Below, one piece after another: positions 14,001 through 26,244 of a DNA stretch of 64,000 nt. The stretch lies in assembly GCA_043228905.1 (NCBI GenBank), contig JBHGNT010000006.1, positions 18,848,001 through 18,912,000 of the forward strand, written 5' to 3'. This DNA comes from Azolla caroliniana (Eukaryota > Plantae > Polypodiophyta). The notes beneath the pieces are model-generated. The model did not search any database. It saw nothing but the letters and a program-made list of their open reading frames with translations, and had not been told where the DNA came from. A program made the translations under genes and the position numbers. Each line of letters opens with the position of its first letter. Position 1 is the stretch's first letter.

Positions 14001-15167
14001 CACAAGAGCCTCCACGCGATGAAAACACGTCGCGGCCAAGTCCGACATCGGACAAAGGAAAAGGTAAGATGCCCAAATACGAAGTCAAGGTTCACCCCGA
14101 CGATCGTGATTCGGATGATTCGGCTCGCTCACTAGACAGTGAGTTTGGTGTACCCATCATGAGGACACCCGGAGTAAAGAAGGCGCTCACATCGACAAAC
14201 GAGAAACTCCGCCGCTCATCACGAGCGAAGACCCAAGTCACTTGTTACGCCTACAACGAGTATATGGCCCATCACTATGCCCTCGCGATGAAGGTAGTGG
14301 CCGAACAAGAGCCCGAGGATCCAAGCCTTCGTCACAGGCTTGAGGGGGAGAACAAAGCCGCGGAGAACCACGCAATGAAGCCGCGAATACGTGAAGAAAG
14401 CCGCGCAACGCCGCGCAACAAAGCCGTGGAGAGCCGCGCAACCGCGGAGAACCGTGCAATGAAGCCACGAATACGCGAAGAAAGCCGTGCAACAAAGCCG
14501 CAGAGAGCCGCGCAACCTCGGAGAACGGCGCAATGAAGCCGCGAATATGCGAGGAAAGCTGCGCAACGCCGCGCAACAAAGCCGCGGAGAGCCGTGCAAG
14601 CCGCGCAACGAAGACGCGAAGAAAGCCGCGCAACACCGCGAAGAAAGCCGCAAGCCGCACCGATGCCGAAGAAGCCGAAGGAAGCTAAACCGGACGTTGG
14701 ACGCCTCACACTTGAGCTTGAGGGGGCGTGTTGAGATATCAAGCTCAACTAGTTTAATCTAGTTAGTCAACACATGTAACTTAGTAGTTACCTAGATCGA
14801 ATCTAGTTAATGTGTTGACCTTAAGCCTTTAAATAGGACCTTGTACTTAAGTGGGATATTCTAGATCCTCCACTCCTTAGTACATTTAATGTAGGACTTA
14901 CACATAAGTACCTATGTTCTACCCACACATGTGCACCTTTGCACATGGGTTGTATATATACCTCATTGTGGGTATTTTTGTATGTTGATGACACTTTTCA
15001 ATATATTCAATCATCCCCCATTTATCTTTGTGTTCAAGTGTAACTTCCTCTCTCTCTCTCTTCCTCTCACACACTCTCACGCGCATATCATACTAATCTT
15101 CCGCTGCTTAATGTAACCATATAATTAGTCTCTAATTAACCCTAGTTAATTACCTAATTACTTAACA
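11019..15167 (+). mobile_element. Ty1/copia LTR retrotransposon, internally deleted (gag-PR-INT, no RT/RNase H)
   Basis: 439-bp LTRs 11019-11457 and 14729-15167 (TG...CA, 2 differences seen); tRNA-iMet PBS TGGTATCAGAGC 11458-11469; PPT GAGGGGGCG; TSD CTTCA/GTTCA; CCHC knuckle, WFVDSGA protease, HSDVWG...TDGGKEY...QQNGVAER integrase. Confidence 0.96.
14350..14690 (+). repeat. GC/CpG-rich degenerate tandem array (AAGCCGCG-based units) in the copia 3' UTR
   Basis: Recurring AAGCCGCGGAGA / GCCGCGCAAC / GCAATGAAGCCGCGAATA units between the end of pol and the PPT. Confidence 0.8.
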
Positions 15168-15656
15168 GTTCACCAACATGTAAGAAATGAAGTTTTTTAG
15201 GAATAGGGGGAGACAACGAATGTTGACACACCTGCACCACTCGACCTTTTCCTTGATGAAGCAAAAAACCAAAGAAGAACGAAACGCCCTCGGATGTCGG
15301 CTTTCAAAGCAACTCGACGTGGTGTAGAAGCAATAAAGAAAATAAGGGAACATGAGCTACACGGTCTAGAAGCCATGGTTGGGGCACTCTATACACTGAG
15401 ACCATGGGTTACACCCACAAAACCCTTTGGCCTCCCACTTCTTTTCGAGAGGCTTGGGTGGAAATGAAATTAGGCTTAGTGCAAAGTCACTTCCTTTTAT
15501 CGAGTGTACCACGTTTTGTACACTACTAGAACTCTTTCAGTTTAAGTTCTATTTTTACTTTATGTTTTTTTAGTTCTGATGATTGGATTAATACCCATTT
15601 TGTTGTAAACCAACTGTCTCATGGGCCAATTTTGTCCTTAAGAAGACGTTAATATA

Positions 15657-15736
<80 letters not shown>

Positions 15737-15821
15737 CAAGCTTCAAATTTGATCAAATCAAGGTACTTAGCATTCCACTTCATCTTTTACTAAACTTTAA
15801 TTGCCGATCAATCCCAACATT

Positions 15822-17650
15822 TGGTATTAGAGTCAAGGATTTAGTGTTCAATGAATTTCTAGGGTTAGAAGATTTTTTTTGTTCACTAGTCACCAAGGGT
15901 TTGACATTTGTCATCATACTTGAAGCTGGCCACCACTTTCTACCATTGTTGTACTTGCACACCATTTTCTACTGCAACATTTCGTTGAGAGGGAATTGAA
16001 CTCAAACATTGAGCTCTAGTATTGTATTCATCTCAAACATTTCTCTCGAGCATTCAAAAAGAAAAAATAGAAAAAAAGAGAGTACTAGATTCAATTTTTG
16101 GTATGGCATTGACATAAGAATCCATGACCCTATGTTGAAGGAAGTTTGATGGATCAAACTTTAACTTTTGGAAGGAGCAAACATGGGATTATCTTATCGT
16201 AAAAGGAAGATTAAATTTGATTGAAAATAAGTTGCCACCAATTGAATGAAGTTTCAAAATGGTCGAAACTTGACTGACTAATGAGAGCGACCATTCAAAA
16301 GCACCTCTCCAAATCCGTGTACTTCACAATATACTCATGTACGACAACTCATAAATTATGCTAGATGTTGTTAGATACCTAGGAGAAGAAAGTCATTTCT
16401 ACATGAAGATATATCGCATTCAGTAGCTTCGCAACCTTCAGATGAAAGAATCTAACTAAATACCTACTCACTTGAATGCGTACGAGGGCATTGTTTCTCA
16501 ATTCTTGGCTCAGGAAATGAAGAACTATGTGTGCTACTCCTAACGAGAACTCTACCAACAACCGATTCATGAGCAATACAAGCAGAGAGCATTGGGCTAT
16601 AGTGAAGTGGATATTCCAGTACTTGAGAGGCACCTCAAGCTTGTGCCTTCGATTCGGCTCAGGTAACCCTTTGTTAGAAAGTTTTACTGATTCATACATG
16701 TTAGTTGATGTGTATACCAGTCGGTCCACGTCCGGATCTGTAATGACTTATGCAGGGGGATTCGTCGCATGGCAGTCGAGGCTGTAGAAGACCATGGCGT
16801 TGTTGACCACAGAAGTGGAGTACGTGGCTACTGTAGAAGCCGACAAGGAGATAATCTGGATGAAGGAGTTCATTGGAGAGCTAGGAATTCTGCAAGAGGA
16901 ATTCTGACTCTACTACAACAACGAAAGTGCCATCCACCTTGTGAAGAATGTCGCATACCACTCGAGGACCAAGCACATCCAGAGGAGATAGAATTGGCTT
17001 CGAGAGAGGGTAGAAGAAAAGGAGTTTGCTCTTAGACATGCTGACAAAGGTGTTGTCGGTAGAGAAGCTGGACGCGTGTCGGAGACGGGTTAGATTGATG
17101 AAGCACCGGAGTGAAGGGGGAGTTTGTTAGGAAACTGGTCCCTCCAGATGGGAAGCAAGCACGAGCCAGATCAGTTGGATCTGAGGAGGAAGAAGAAAGA
17201 CCGAATCCGGATAAGTTCCGGATGAACTATCCGGAAATGGCCATATTTGTAAATAGGTTTTGTCGCGCTTATTTTGGGCTAGAATTGTTAATAGCCCTAA
17301 AGTTGTATTAGTAAAAATACAACTAGGGCAAATCATTACATGATGATGAATAGTTGTTGTTGGTAATTATCTCTGTAACTAAGAGTGAGTTGTAACTTTG
17401 TTGTAACCGTCGTCTGACAAAGAGGAGCTCAAGGTTGTTACCTATGAGTCTCTGTATATTCCTCTCACCATAGTGATATAGTTTGGATTTTATGGACTGC
17501 TGTGGTTTTTTCCCTTTTCAGGTTTTCCACGTAAAATACTTGTGTCTCTGTACTTCTGATTTCTATCTTCTGTGATTTCTGTTGGTCCAATCTTTGCACC
17601 TGCATATGCAATAGTGAGAACCAGTTGTGGCTGGTAGGATCCTCACAACA
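15822..17650 (+). mobile_element. Decayed Tnt1/Tork-like copia remnant: PBS, gag N-terminus joined to RNase H, PPT and 3' LTR (17125-17650)
   Basis: TGGTATTAGAG PBS-like at 15822; KFDGSNFNFWKEQ gag start; EHWAIVKWIFQYLRGT...RSTSG...HSRTKHI RNase H; GAAGGGGGAG PPT then TGTTAGGAAAC...ACAACA. Confidence 0.8.
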
Positions 17651-17898
17651 AATGTGCTCATAGAGCACTTTATAAACAAGCCCTTGACAAAGGGTTGATA
17701 CAAGTACGAATTAGTACTTTAATGCTCACTTTTGAGCTCTGACACCAATTTGCCTATAGTATTCCTATTACTAAAATAGGAATATAGGCCCTAACGGCCT
17801 GTCAACTTCTAGCAGATCCGGCTTTCAGCTTCTTCAACCGACTCGGCCTTTCGTCCTTTAGCCGATCCGACGACTCATGTTGAGCTTGTCACTCAACA
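17651..17898 (-). mobile_element. Truncated copia-type LTR (TGTTGAGT..CAAGCTCAAC family)
   Basis: Similar to the LTRs at 47931-48381 and 61761-62097. Confidence 0.65.
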
Positions 17899-18039
17899 AC
17901 ATTCTTTATGTCCATTTGATGGAGATGCCAACCTTTTATCGTTGCTAAAGCTAACACTGTTCGAATGGTCGTCATCTTTGCCACTGGGGCAAAGGTCTCT
18001 TCATAGTCGACTCTATGTGTCTCTATGTAGCCTTTTGCT

Positions 18040-18213
18040 ACAAGTCGGGCTTTGAGCAGTTGACTGAGTCGTTTGCATTGTACTTCACCTTATATATCAA
18101 TTTGCAACCGATTTCTTTCTTATGTGACAAGTCGGGCTTTGAGCAGTTGACTGAGTCGTCGGCATTGTACTTCACCTTATATATCAATTTGCAACCGATT
18201 TCTTTCTTATGTG
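18040..18213. repeat. 87-bp (29-codon) tandem duplication in the copia RT remnant
   Basis: HKKEIGCKLIYKVKYNA(D/N)DSVNCSKPDL appears twice in ORF 18038-18274. Confidence 0.9.
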
Positions 18214-18975
18214 GTGAGTGTGGAACAAGATCCCATGTTTTGTTCTTGCCGAGTGCTTGCATTTCTTTGTTCATTGCTTCTACCCATCACGAATCATGAG
18301 TAGCTTCAACAAAGCTTTCCAACTCACGTACGGTTGCGACACTCATCATAAAAGCATAGTGATATGCCATGTAGTCATTGTAACTGAATCGGTGACTATG
18401 TTCTTTTCTCAATTGGAGCAACAAAGTTTTTCATTGGTACTTGCAAGGGCTTTCTTTACTCCGGATGTCCTCATTATCAGGACACTGAATTCAATGTCGA
18501 CTAAGCATGCTAACCCATCTGCTTCACTCTCGTCGGAGTGGTTGACTTCGTATTCGGTCATCTTGGCTTTGCCCTTATCCGATGTGGAACTTGTCCGCGA
18601 TGTGCTTTGATTGCTCAGAGGCTCTTGTGGTCGACCTGGTTGTTGTTAGAGGCTCTTGTGCTTTCATCCACTCAACCTAGTTGAGATCAGACTCTCCTCT
18701 AGTGTAGGCCTTAGCCGATTGTCATCCTCCGAGTTGATGTCAAGATTGGTCATAACTGGTTCAAATGGGGCTGAGTCATTTTCGTACCACGATGCTGATT
18801 CGTCAAAGAAAATGTCCCAACTCACGCATACTTTTCGGGTAGAAGGGTTTAAGCACTTGTACCCCTTTTGCTCAAGTGAGCACCCCACGAGGATGCACTT
18901 CTGCAATTTTGAATCAAGGTTCTACCGCTTCACATTGGGAATGTGCAACTATGCAATAGTGCCGAATATCCTTAG

Positions 18976-19515
18976 TGTCGAGAATCGTGACCGGCCACAA
19001 CCGGCTTCTCGTTCGGATGTTTGGGTGTAGGGAACGTAAAATAGAATGCGCTCAGACAGAGTACGAAAATAGAAATAGCACAAGAGATAGAAACACACAA
19101 TTTTAACGTGGAAACTTGAAAGGGGGAAAAACCACAGGGGTCCACAAACCCCGAGAAACAGAATCACTATGCTAAAAAAGGAGGAGTACAACTAGAAGCT
19201 CCGAGGCAACGACCTTGAGATTCTACTTCGTCAACAAACGGCTATAGAGTTACACACGCTCTCACTCTCACTCACTTATTGTTGCACAGTTACAAAGGCA
19301 ACGACCTTCTAAGTAACTTTTTAACAACCACTCATCATGATTGCCCTAAGTACTTATTTACTAGCACACCTTTTGGGTTATTTACAAGTGTAGCACCATA
19401 AGGGCATATTTAGAATATTTACAAGTATAGTCTTCCGAGTTGGTTGTCTACACGATTTCGGTTTCTCATCAACTCGGCTCTTCTCTTCCCATCCGGAGGG
19501 ACCCGTTTCCTAACA
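18976..19515 (-). mobile_element. Solo LTR (TGTTAGGAAAC family)
   Basis: TG...CA ends, perfect TSD CTTAG, same family as the LTR at 17125. Confidence 0.92.
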
Positions 19516-20243
19516 CTTAGATGGGATAGGTTTGGCTTTCTTCCGTAATACTCCTCTGGAGGGGTGACGTCATGCACACCGGATGTTGTACATCGGTTCG
19601 TTAGGTATACAACTGTGCATGCCCCTTTGGCCCAGTATGACTTTGGTAGATTTTTTTCATTGTTCATGGCCCTAGCCACCTCCAGTATGTGTCGATTCTT
19701 TCTTTCAGCTACTCTGTTTTGTCGAGGTGTATGTCTGCATGTAAATTCACATCCAACAGGCCTTTATTTACGTTTCTCTCCTTATCAGTGTTGTTTGCCG
19801 AATTGACAAGCTACACATATGCCTTCAATCTCCTTATCTTTGAAAGCAGGGAGTCCAATGACAACTCCTTTCGATTGCATGCCCCTGAGCTTTTCCAAAT
19901 TGATATGGCCGATTCTTTTGTGCCAAAGCTCTATGTTTGTGTCTCCTTGGAGGCCCTTCGCGAACATGACCGATTTCATCTTGTGAGAGTCAAGAATGAA
20001 CATTCGACCTTCTCTTCATCCTCGAGCGATGAGTTGGCCTACTTCTCAATAAAGCAATCTCCATGTTAAAACGGATAACATGCCTTGTTCCACAATTTGG
20101 CCAACCGAGACCAAATTCTTGTCAGGAATAGTACTAAAAACAGAGAGAGAACTAGTACTAGAGAAGGGAAGTACTATGAGGATTAGTACTAAGAGGAAGG
20201 GAATGTGTAAGACTCGCGAGACAGAAAAAGAGAAAAAGAGAAA

Positions 20244-20306
<63 letters not shown>

Positions 20307-23300
20307 ATAACAGGTGATATATTATATGAAGAGTAAGTACAAGAATGGCTATGAGGCTTAAGACTGGTGTTGAACCGATTTGGTTCTTGATAATGCCATG
20401 TGCCTCTTTTTATAGTGGCTTTAGGAATACTCTTGACATTTCTAGAATGTTCCAGAGAAATCTAGAATATACATGGATTTCCTAAGTGAAATAATAAATG
20501 GAAATAATATTCTTTGTATTACAACTTATAGCTTAATGGTAAGGCTTCCCACATTCTCAACTTGGATTATAGCCCAGCCACATTTACCACATTCTCGACC
20601 GGTTCCCAAGTACGCTCACTTGGACTATAGCCTAGCCAATCAACCAAATAGTAGAGCTTGTTGCGAACAATCTTGGAATCAAGGATGGCAACTACTTCGT
20701 ACTCCGGTCCTACTTCAAGCTCAATCGAGGGTGGAGGTGGTGAAATACGATTCGGAATAGTGTTGTCGTGATACGGTTTGAGAAGAGAACTATGAAAACT
20801 GGATGTATCCGTAGTTGCGAAGGTAGATCGAGACGAAAAGCGACATCATTAATTTTTCCGATAATACGGAAATGACCTAATCGCCGATAGTCTAGTTTAT
20901 CGCATGGTTGAGTAGTCTTGATGTGTCGTCGTAATAGCCATACCTAATCTCCAATGTTAAAACTGGATGGAAGCCGATGACGATCCGCATAATCCTTCTG
21001 TGTTTGTTGAGCTTGTTGTAAATGAATAGATAACTTTGCTTGTATCTTGCGTAGCCGCTCCAAACGATCCTTTGAAGAAGGATTTATGGGTAACTCTGGA
21101 GTTTCAAATACACACCACTGGGGATGATAGCCCATATAAGCATAAAATGATGTAACCCTAGTCGATGAGTGGACAAAGTTATTATACGCAAATTCTGTAA
21201 AGTGGAGAATATCCGCCTAGTCATTTTGTTGATAGCTTAGAAAACACCGAAGATACAGTTCCAATGTTTGATTCGTTCGTTCTTCTTGTCTGTCTGTTTT
21301 GCAAGTGATAGCCGGAGGAGAGATTACAAGTGACCTTGAGCATTTTGAAGAGATGCTTCTAGAATTTCGAGACGAATTGGGGTCCACGGTTATTGATGAT
21401 GCGATCGGGGAGGCCTTGATGCCGACATACCTCTCGCATGACAGCTTCGGCGGTTTCTTCACTAGTGATCTCCTTATCCTTAGTACAAGGTAGAAAATGT
21501 GCCATCTTTGTATATCGATCTACTACTGTTAAGATCACGTCGAATCCCTTTGAAACTGGAAGATCTGTAATGAAATCTAGAGAAATGGATAGCCACAGCT
21601 TACTTTGAATTGGTAATGGTTCCAATAAACCATATGGATGATGTCTTGGCATCTTTGCCCTACAACATGTATCACATGTCCGAACATAGTCTTCGACAAA
21701 TCGTCGCATATGAGGCCACCAGAATTATCGTTGTACTAAATTCAACATTTTAGTACTACTGAAATGCCCAGTTGTATATGTGTCATGACAGTTTTGGACT
21801 ACTCGAAGGCGACAAGAACCATTAGGAACATACAAGAGTTTCTTAAAGAATAGTAATCCATCATGACATTCAAATTGTCGATAGTCCGTACCTGGTTCTT
21901 GTGACTGTGAACAAGATGCCCGAGAGGGATCAATTTGTGCTAGAATGGCTTGAGCAAAAGCATCTGTCTTCAAGTCCTCACATGCGGTATCGATAATGTG
22001 GGAATCCAATGGCATATCGAAAACCCGTGTTGCTTGCAGTCGTGCCGGTCCCGGGATTACTTGCTTTTGGTTATCGAATGTTGTCTCACCAGGATGCGGT
22101 GCTAGATACGAGCTCCGCGATAACGCATCTACCTTCCCTTGCTGCTTCCCAGGATGATATGTAATTTTGAAGTCGAAATGAATGAGGAATTGGGCCCACT
22201 GAGCTTGACGTCGATTTAATACACGAGCATTCTGGAAGTAGGCAAGATTTTTGTGATCACTGAATACGGTGACTTGATGAGAAGATCCCTCTAGAAAATG
22301 CCTCCATTGCATAAAAGAGTCCACTATTGCTAATAGCTTCTTATCATGAATTTCATAGTTGATTTCAGTGGCATCAAACTTGCATGAGTGGAAAGCCACA
22401 TGATGTAGCTTTTCATCATCGCCTTGTTGTGACATAATGGTACCCAAGGCGAAATCTGACGCGTCTGCCTCAATGGTGAACGGTTTTTTCGGATCAACAT
22501 GGGTTAGCATAGGAATTGATGTAAATGCCTTCTTAAGACTCTCAAAATCCATGTCCGCTTCTTTAGTCCAAACAAACGATTGCCCCTTCTTGGTAAGCTA
22601 TGTGAGAGGCAGAATAAGTTTTGAGTAATCCTGTATAAACTTGTGGTAGAAATTGGCAAAGCCAAAAAAGCATTGCAAATCTTGCAACAAACTTGGAGTC
22701 TACCACAGTTTTGACCTTAGCTAGATCCATAGAGATGCCTTCTGAGGAGATGACATATCCAGTTGGTTGCACTCGAAACTACATTTTTCCAGTTTTGCAT
22801 AAAGACCATGTTCTCGAAGCCATTTTAGTACTAATAGTACATGAGAATCATGGTCTTCTTGGGTCTTCGAATAAACCAGTAGATCATCCAAATAGATGAT
22901 CAAACAAACATCCAAGAGATCTCGGAATATATCATTTGCCATGTGTTGGAAGACTGTTGGCGCATTAGTGAGATAGAATGACATGACCGTATACTCAAAG
23001 TGCCCATATCTGGTGCGAAACACGGTCTTCCATTCATCTCCTAGTTGGATCCGTACGAGGTTATATGCTCCTCGTAAGTCGATCTTTGTGAAGAACCTTG
23101 CACCATTGATCCGTTCTAAAAGACTTGAGATAAGGGGGAGTGCATACCTATTCCTGATGGTGACCTTATTCAAGCCACGATAATCTACGACGAGACGAAG
23201 TGATCCATCCTTTTTCTTTACAAAGAAAATGGGTGCGTCGACTGGAGATTTCGAATGTTGAATGAAACTGTTTCCTAGATTCTCCTCTATATAGGCTCAA

Positions 23301-24187
23301 AGGACTTCTAGCTCGGTTGGTGACAAGTTGTAGATCAGTCCCCATGGTGGGTCTTTTCCCGGTTGTAAATCAATGGGGCAACCATACGGTCGGTGGTGAG
23401 GAAGCATATTGGCTTGTACCTTATCGAACACATCGGCATAATGAAGATACTTCTTTGGGAAGTTGAACTGTGGATTCCTCTTTAGCAGTGTTGGAAGGTT
23501 TTACTGATACCGTTGTCGTGAAGGATTTGTTTCACGATATAAAAATAAACTTAAATATTGTATTAAGTAACATTTCAGAGACTTGAACCTGTAACCTCAC
23601 ACACCAAGGACGAAGTATATACCATTAGGATAAGTTATTTTCTATAGTTATGTTTTTATCACCATACTTATGACATGTGTATTTTCATACATTAGAGCTT
23701 AGATGAGCATGATGGCTATCATGCATCACATGCAAAGCATGTGCGCCAAATGGCGATCATGCATCACATGCATTACATGCATGCCATGCACCCCCATATA
23801 ATCATATGCATGAGAGAACCTATAAAGAGAGGCAAGGAATTAAGGGATGAATCAAGGGAAAACAAAGTAATCAATAAAAAAGAGAGAAAGTTAGAGAAAT
23901 AAGATAATCAAAGAAACAAACAAGTTAGCTTGTTGGTGAAGATGCTCGTGTTTCTAACTTGGAGTCAAGAGTTCGAATCAAGGGTCGGTAGAGAAAGGGT
24001 TCATCTTGCATTGTAAAGTTGGTAAAATCTTATATTCGTAATATACATCATGTTCATATCATATACTTTTTTGTCTTAAATCATACTTTGTCTCTATCTT
24101 GCTTCTTGAATCATACATTGTCTCTATCTTTTATCTATACTAGTCTCTCTCTCACACATATTACTTTAAATTCTTATTCTTCATATA

Positions 24188-26194
24188 TGTTGAGAGTCAA
24201 GCTCAACTTGGTCTAGTGTGTGAACTCACCTTGAGAGTGAATAGACACTCCAACAATCAAGAGTGACCATTATGTCACCACTTTGTATTCTAGCATTTAG
24301 TATGAGTCATAGAATCATATTCTATGACACATAACATATGAGCTTTCACATTCCCCATGCTCCATGAGTCTTGTAGTTAATGAAGAGAGAGGGTAACTAT
24401 ATAAAGCACCCTCCTCCCACCTTGTATAACGTTGAGTCTTTCTACTTTGTTAATATACTTTACCTTGTGTATTCTCTGTGTCTTACTCCTTGTCTCTCTC
24501 TCTCTCTCACTCACACACACACACACACTCTCTCTCATACACACACACAACTCATATCTATTCTGCTACATAAGAATCATACCCTACTTTTTACATGGTA
24601 TCAGAGCGGTTTGGTAGCTCCATCTAGCCCATCCACGTGTGTTGAGCTCTATGCCGACGTTCAAGAAGAACCGGCTCATCGCTATCATAGCTTCGCTACT
24701 TAGCTCGCATTCGATGAGAGAAGAAGAATCGACATAATGAATACCCAAATGGGGAGCGCTCTCCCTACTGAGAAGTTGGATAGAAACAACTTCGCATCTT
24801 GGGAGTACATGATGCACCAATACCTCGTCGGACAAGGCTATTGGAGCTACATCAAAGGAGAGCACGAAGACCGACCCATCGAAGCAGCTCCCGGATATGC
24901 GACATGGGAGCAAGCCGCAAGCCGCAAGCCGCGTGATGTATTGCTTGGCGACATGTGTTCACGATCACATGCTCGACTACATTCGCGAAGCCAAGACGCC
25001 GAAGGAGGCATGGGAAAATCTACGAAAGATTTTCGCGGTGAACACAACCGCAAGAAGGCTTCAACTCCACCAAGAGTTGAACAACACTCAACAAAGGGAC
25101 ATGTCCATCACGACATACACCTCGAAGATCAAGGAGCTTTGTGATTCACTCGACTCGATAAGCGTAAATATCGATGATGATGAGATGGTGCAAATATGCC
25201 TCGGCGGTCTCGCACCACGGTTCGGTGCGATGCGAACCGCCGTTCTAGCATGGGAAAAATCTCCCTCCTTCGAGCTCCAATAAATGCTATTGGTCGAAGA
25301 AAACCACGTGCGTACAAGGAGCAATGAGTCGGAAGGCCACATGCTCTACACGCACTCGAACGGTGAAAGAGGATGCGGACGAGCGAGAGGACGATTCGGC
25401 CAAGGACAAGGCGGACGAGGTCCGACCTACGACAACAACTCCCAATTTCGGCCACAAAACGGAAGCCAACGAGGCACCTTCGCAAGAAGGGGGAGCTTCC
25501 ACTCCGGCCCGAGCCATCAAAATGCAACCGAATGCGGATATTGCGGAAAGCTCGGCCACCACGAAGAAGAGTGCCGAAAGAAGATGTGTGAATCGGCTTT
25601 CACAAGTCGACAACTCACGAATTACGCGCACAATTCCGACTACGAAGAGTATAGCGGAATGTATGGACACAACTCCGACTACGAAGATTGTGGCAGAATG
25701 TATGCACACAACTCCGACCGTGGCAGAATGTTCATGATGAAACATAAAGCAAACTCTATGTCGGCCTCTACCTCAACTAGTGCCCTCAATCCGGAGGACG
25801 TTGTCGTGAAGATCAATCACTAGGCGCGGATCGTGAGGCGGAACCGCCGGGGTTCTGGACCGGAAGGATTCTGTTGAGAATCAAGCTCAACTTGGTCTAG
25901 TGTGTGAACTCACCTTGAGAGTGAATAGACACTCCAACAGTCAAGAGTCACCATTAAGTCACCTCTTTGTATTCTAGCATTTAGTATGAGTCATAGAATC
26001 ATATTCTATGACACATAACTTATGAGCTTTCACATTCCCCATGCTCCATGAGCCTTGTAGTTAATGAAGAGAGAGGGTGACTACATAAAGCACCCTCCTC
26101 CCACCTTGTATAGGGTTGAGTCTTTCTCCTTTGTTAATATACTTTTAACCTTGCGTATACTCTGTCTCTCTCTGTCTCTCTGTCTCTCTCTCTG

Positions 26195-26244
<50 letters not shown>

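Larger units (their letters stand above)
6460..15660 (+). mobile_element. Decayed, apparently full-length LINE (RTEX-like): coiled-coil ORF1 and EN-RT-zinc finger ORF2; interrupted by a copia at 11019-15167
   Basis: ORF1 remnant about 6847-7665; AP endonuclease motifs (VGDFNART, SIVDYLI, ADH) 7682-8480; RT motifs QAGFRR, GVKQGCPLSPTLF, LLYADNIVL; C-terminal LRISSHQLEIENGR...CRLC...EDEYHFTCRC; bounded by (CT)n at 6432-6459 and 15661-15733. Confidence 0.9.

Noticed and set aside
14219-14762. Several overlapping Arg/Ala-rich ORFs
   Set aside because: Open only because the GC-rich array lacks stop codons.
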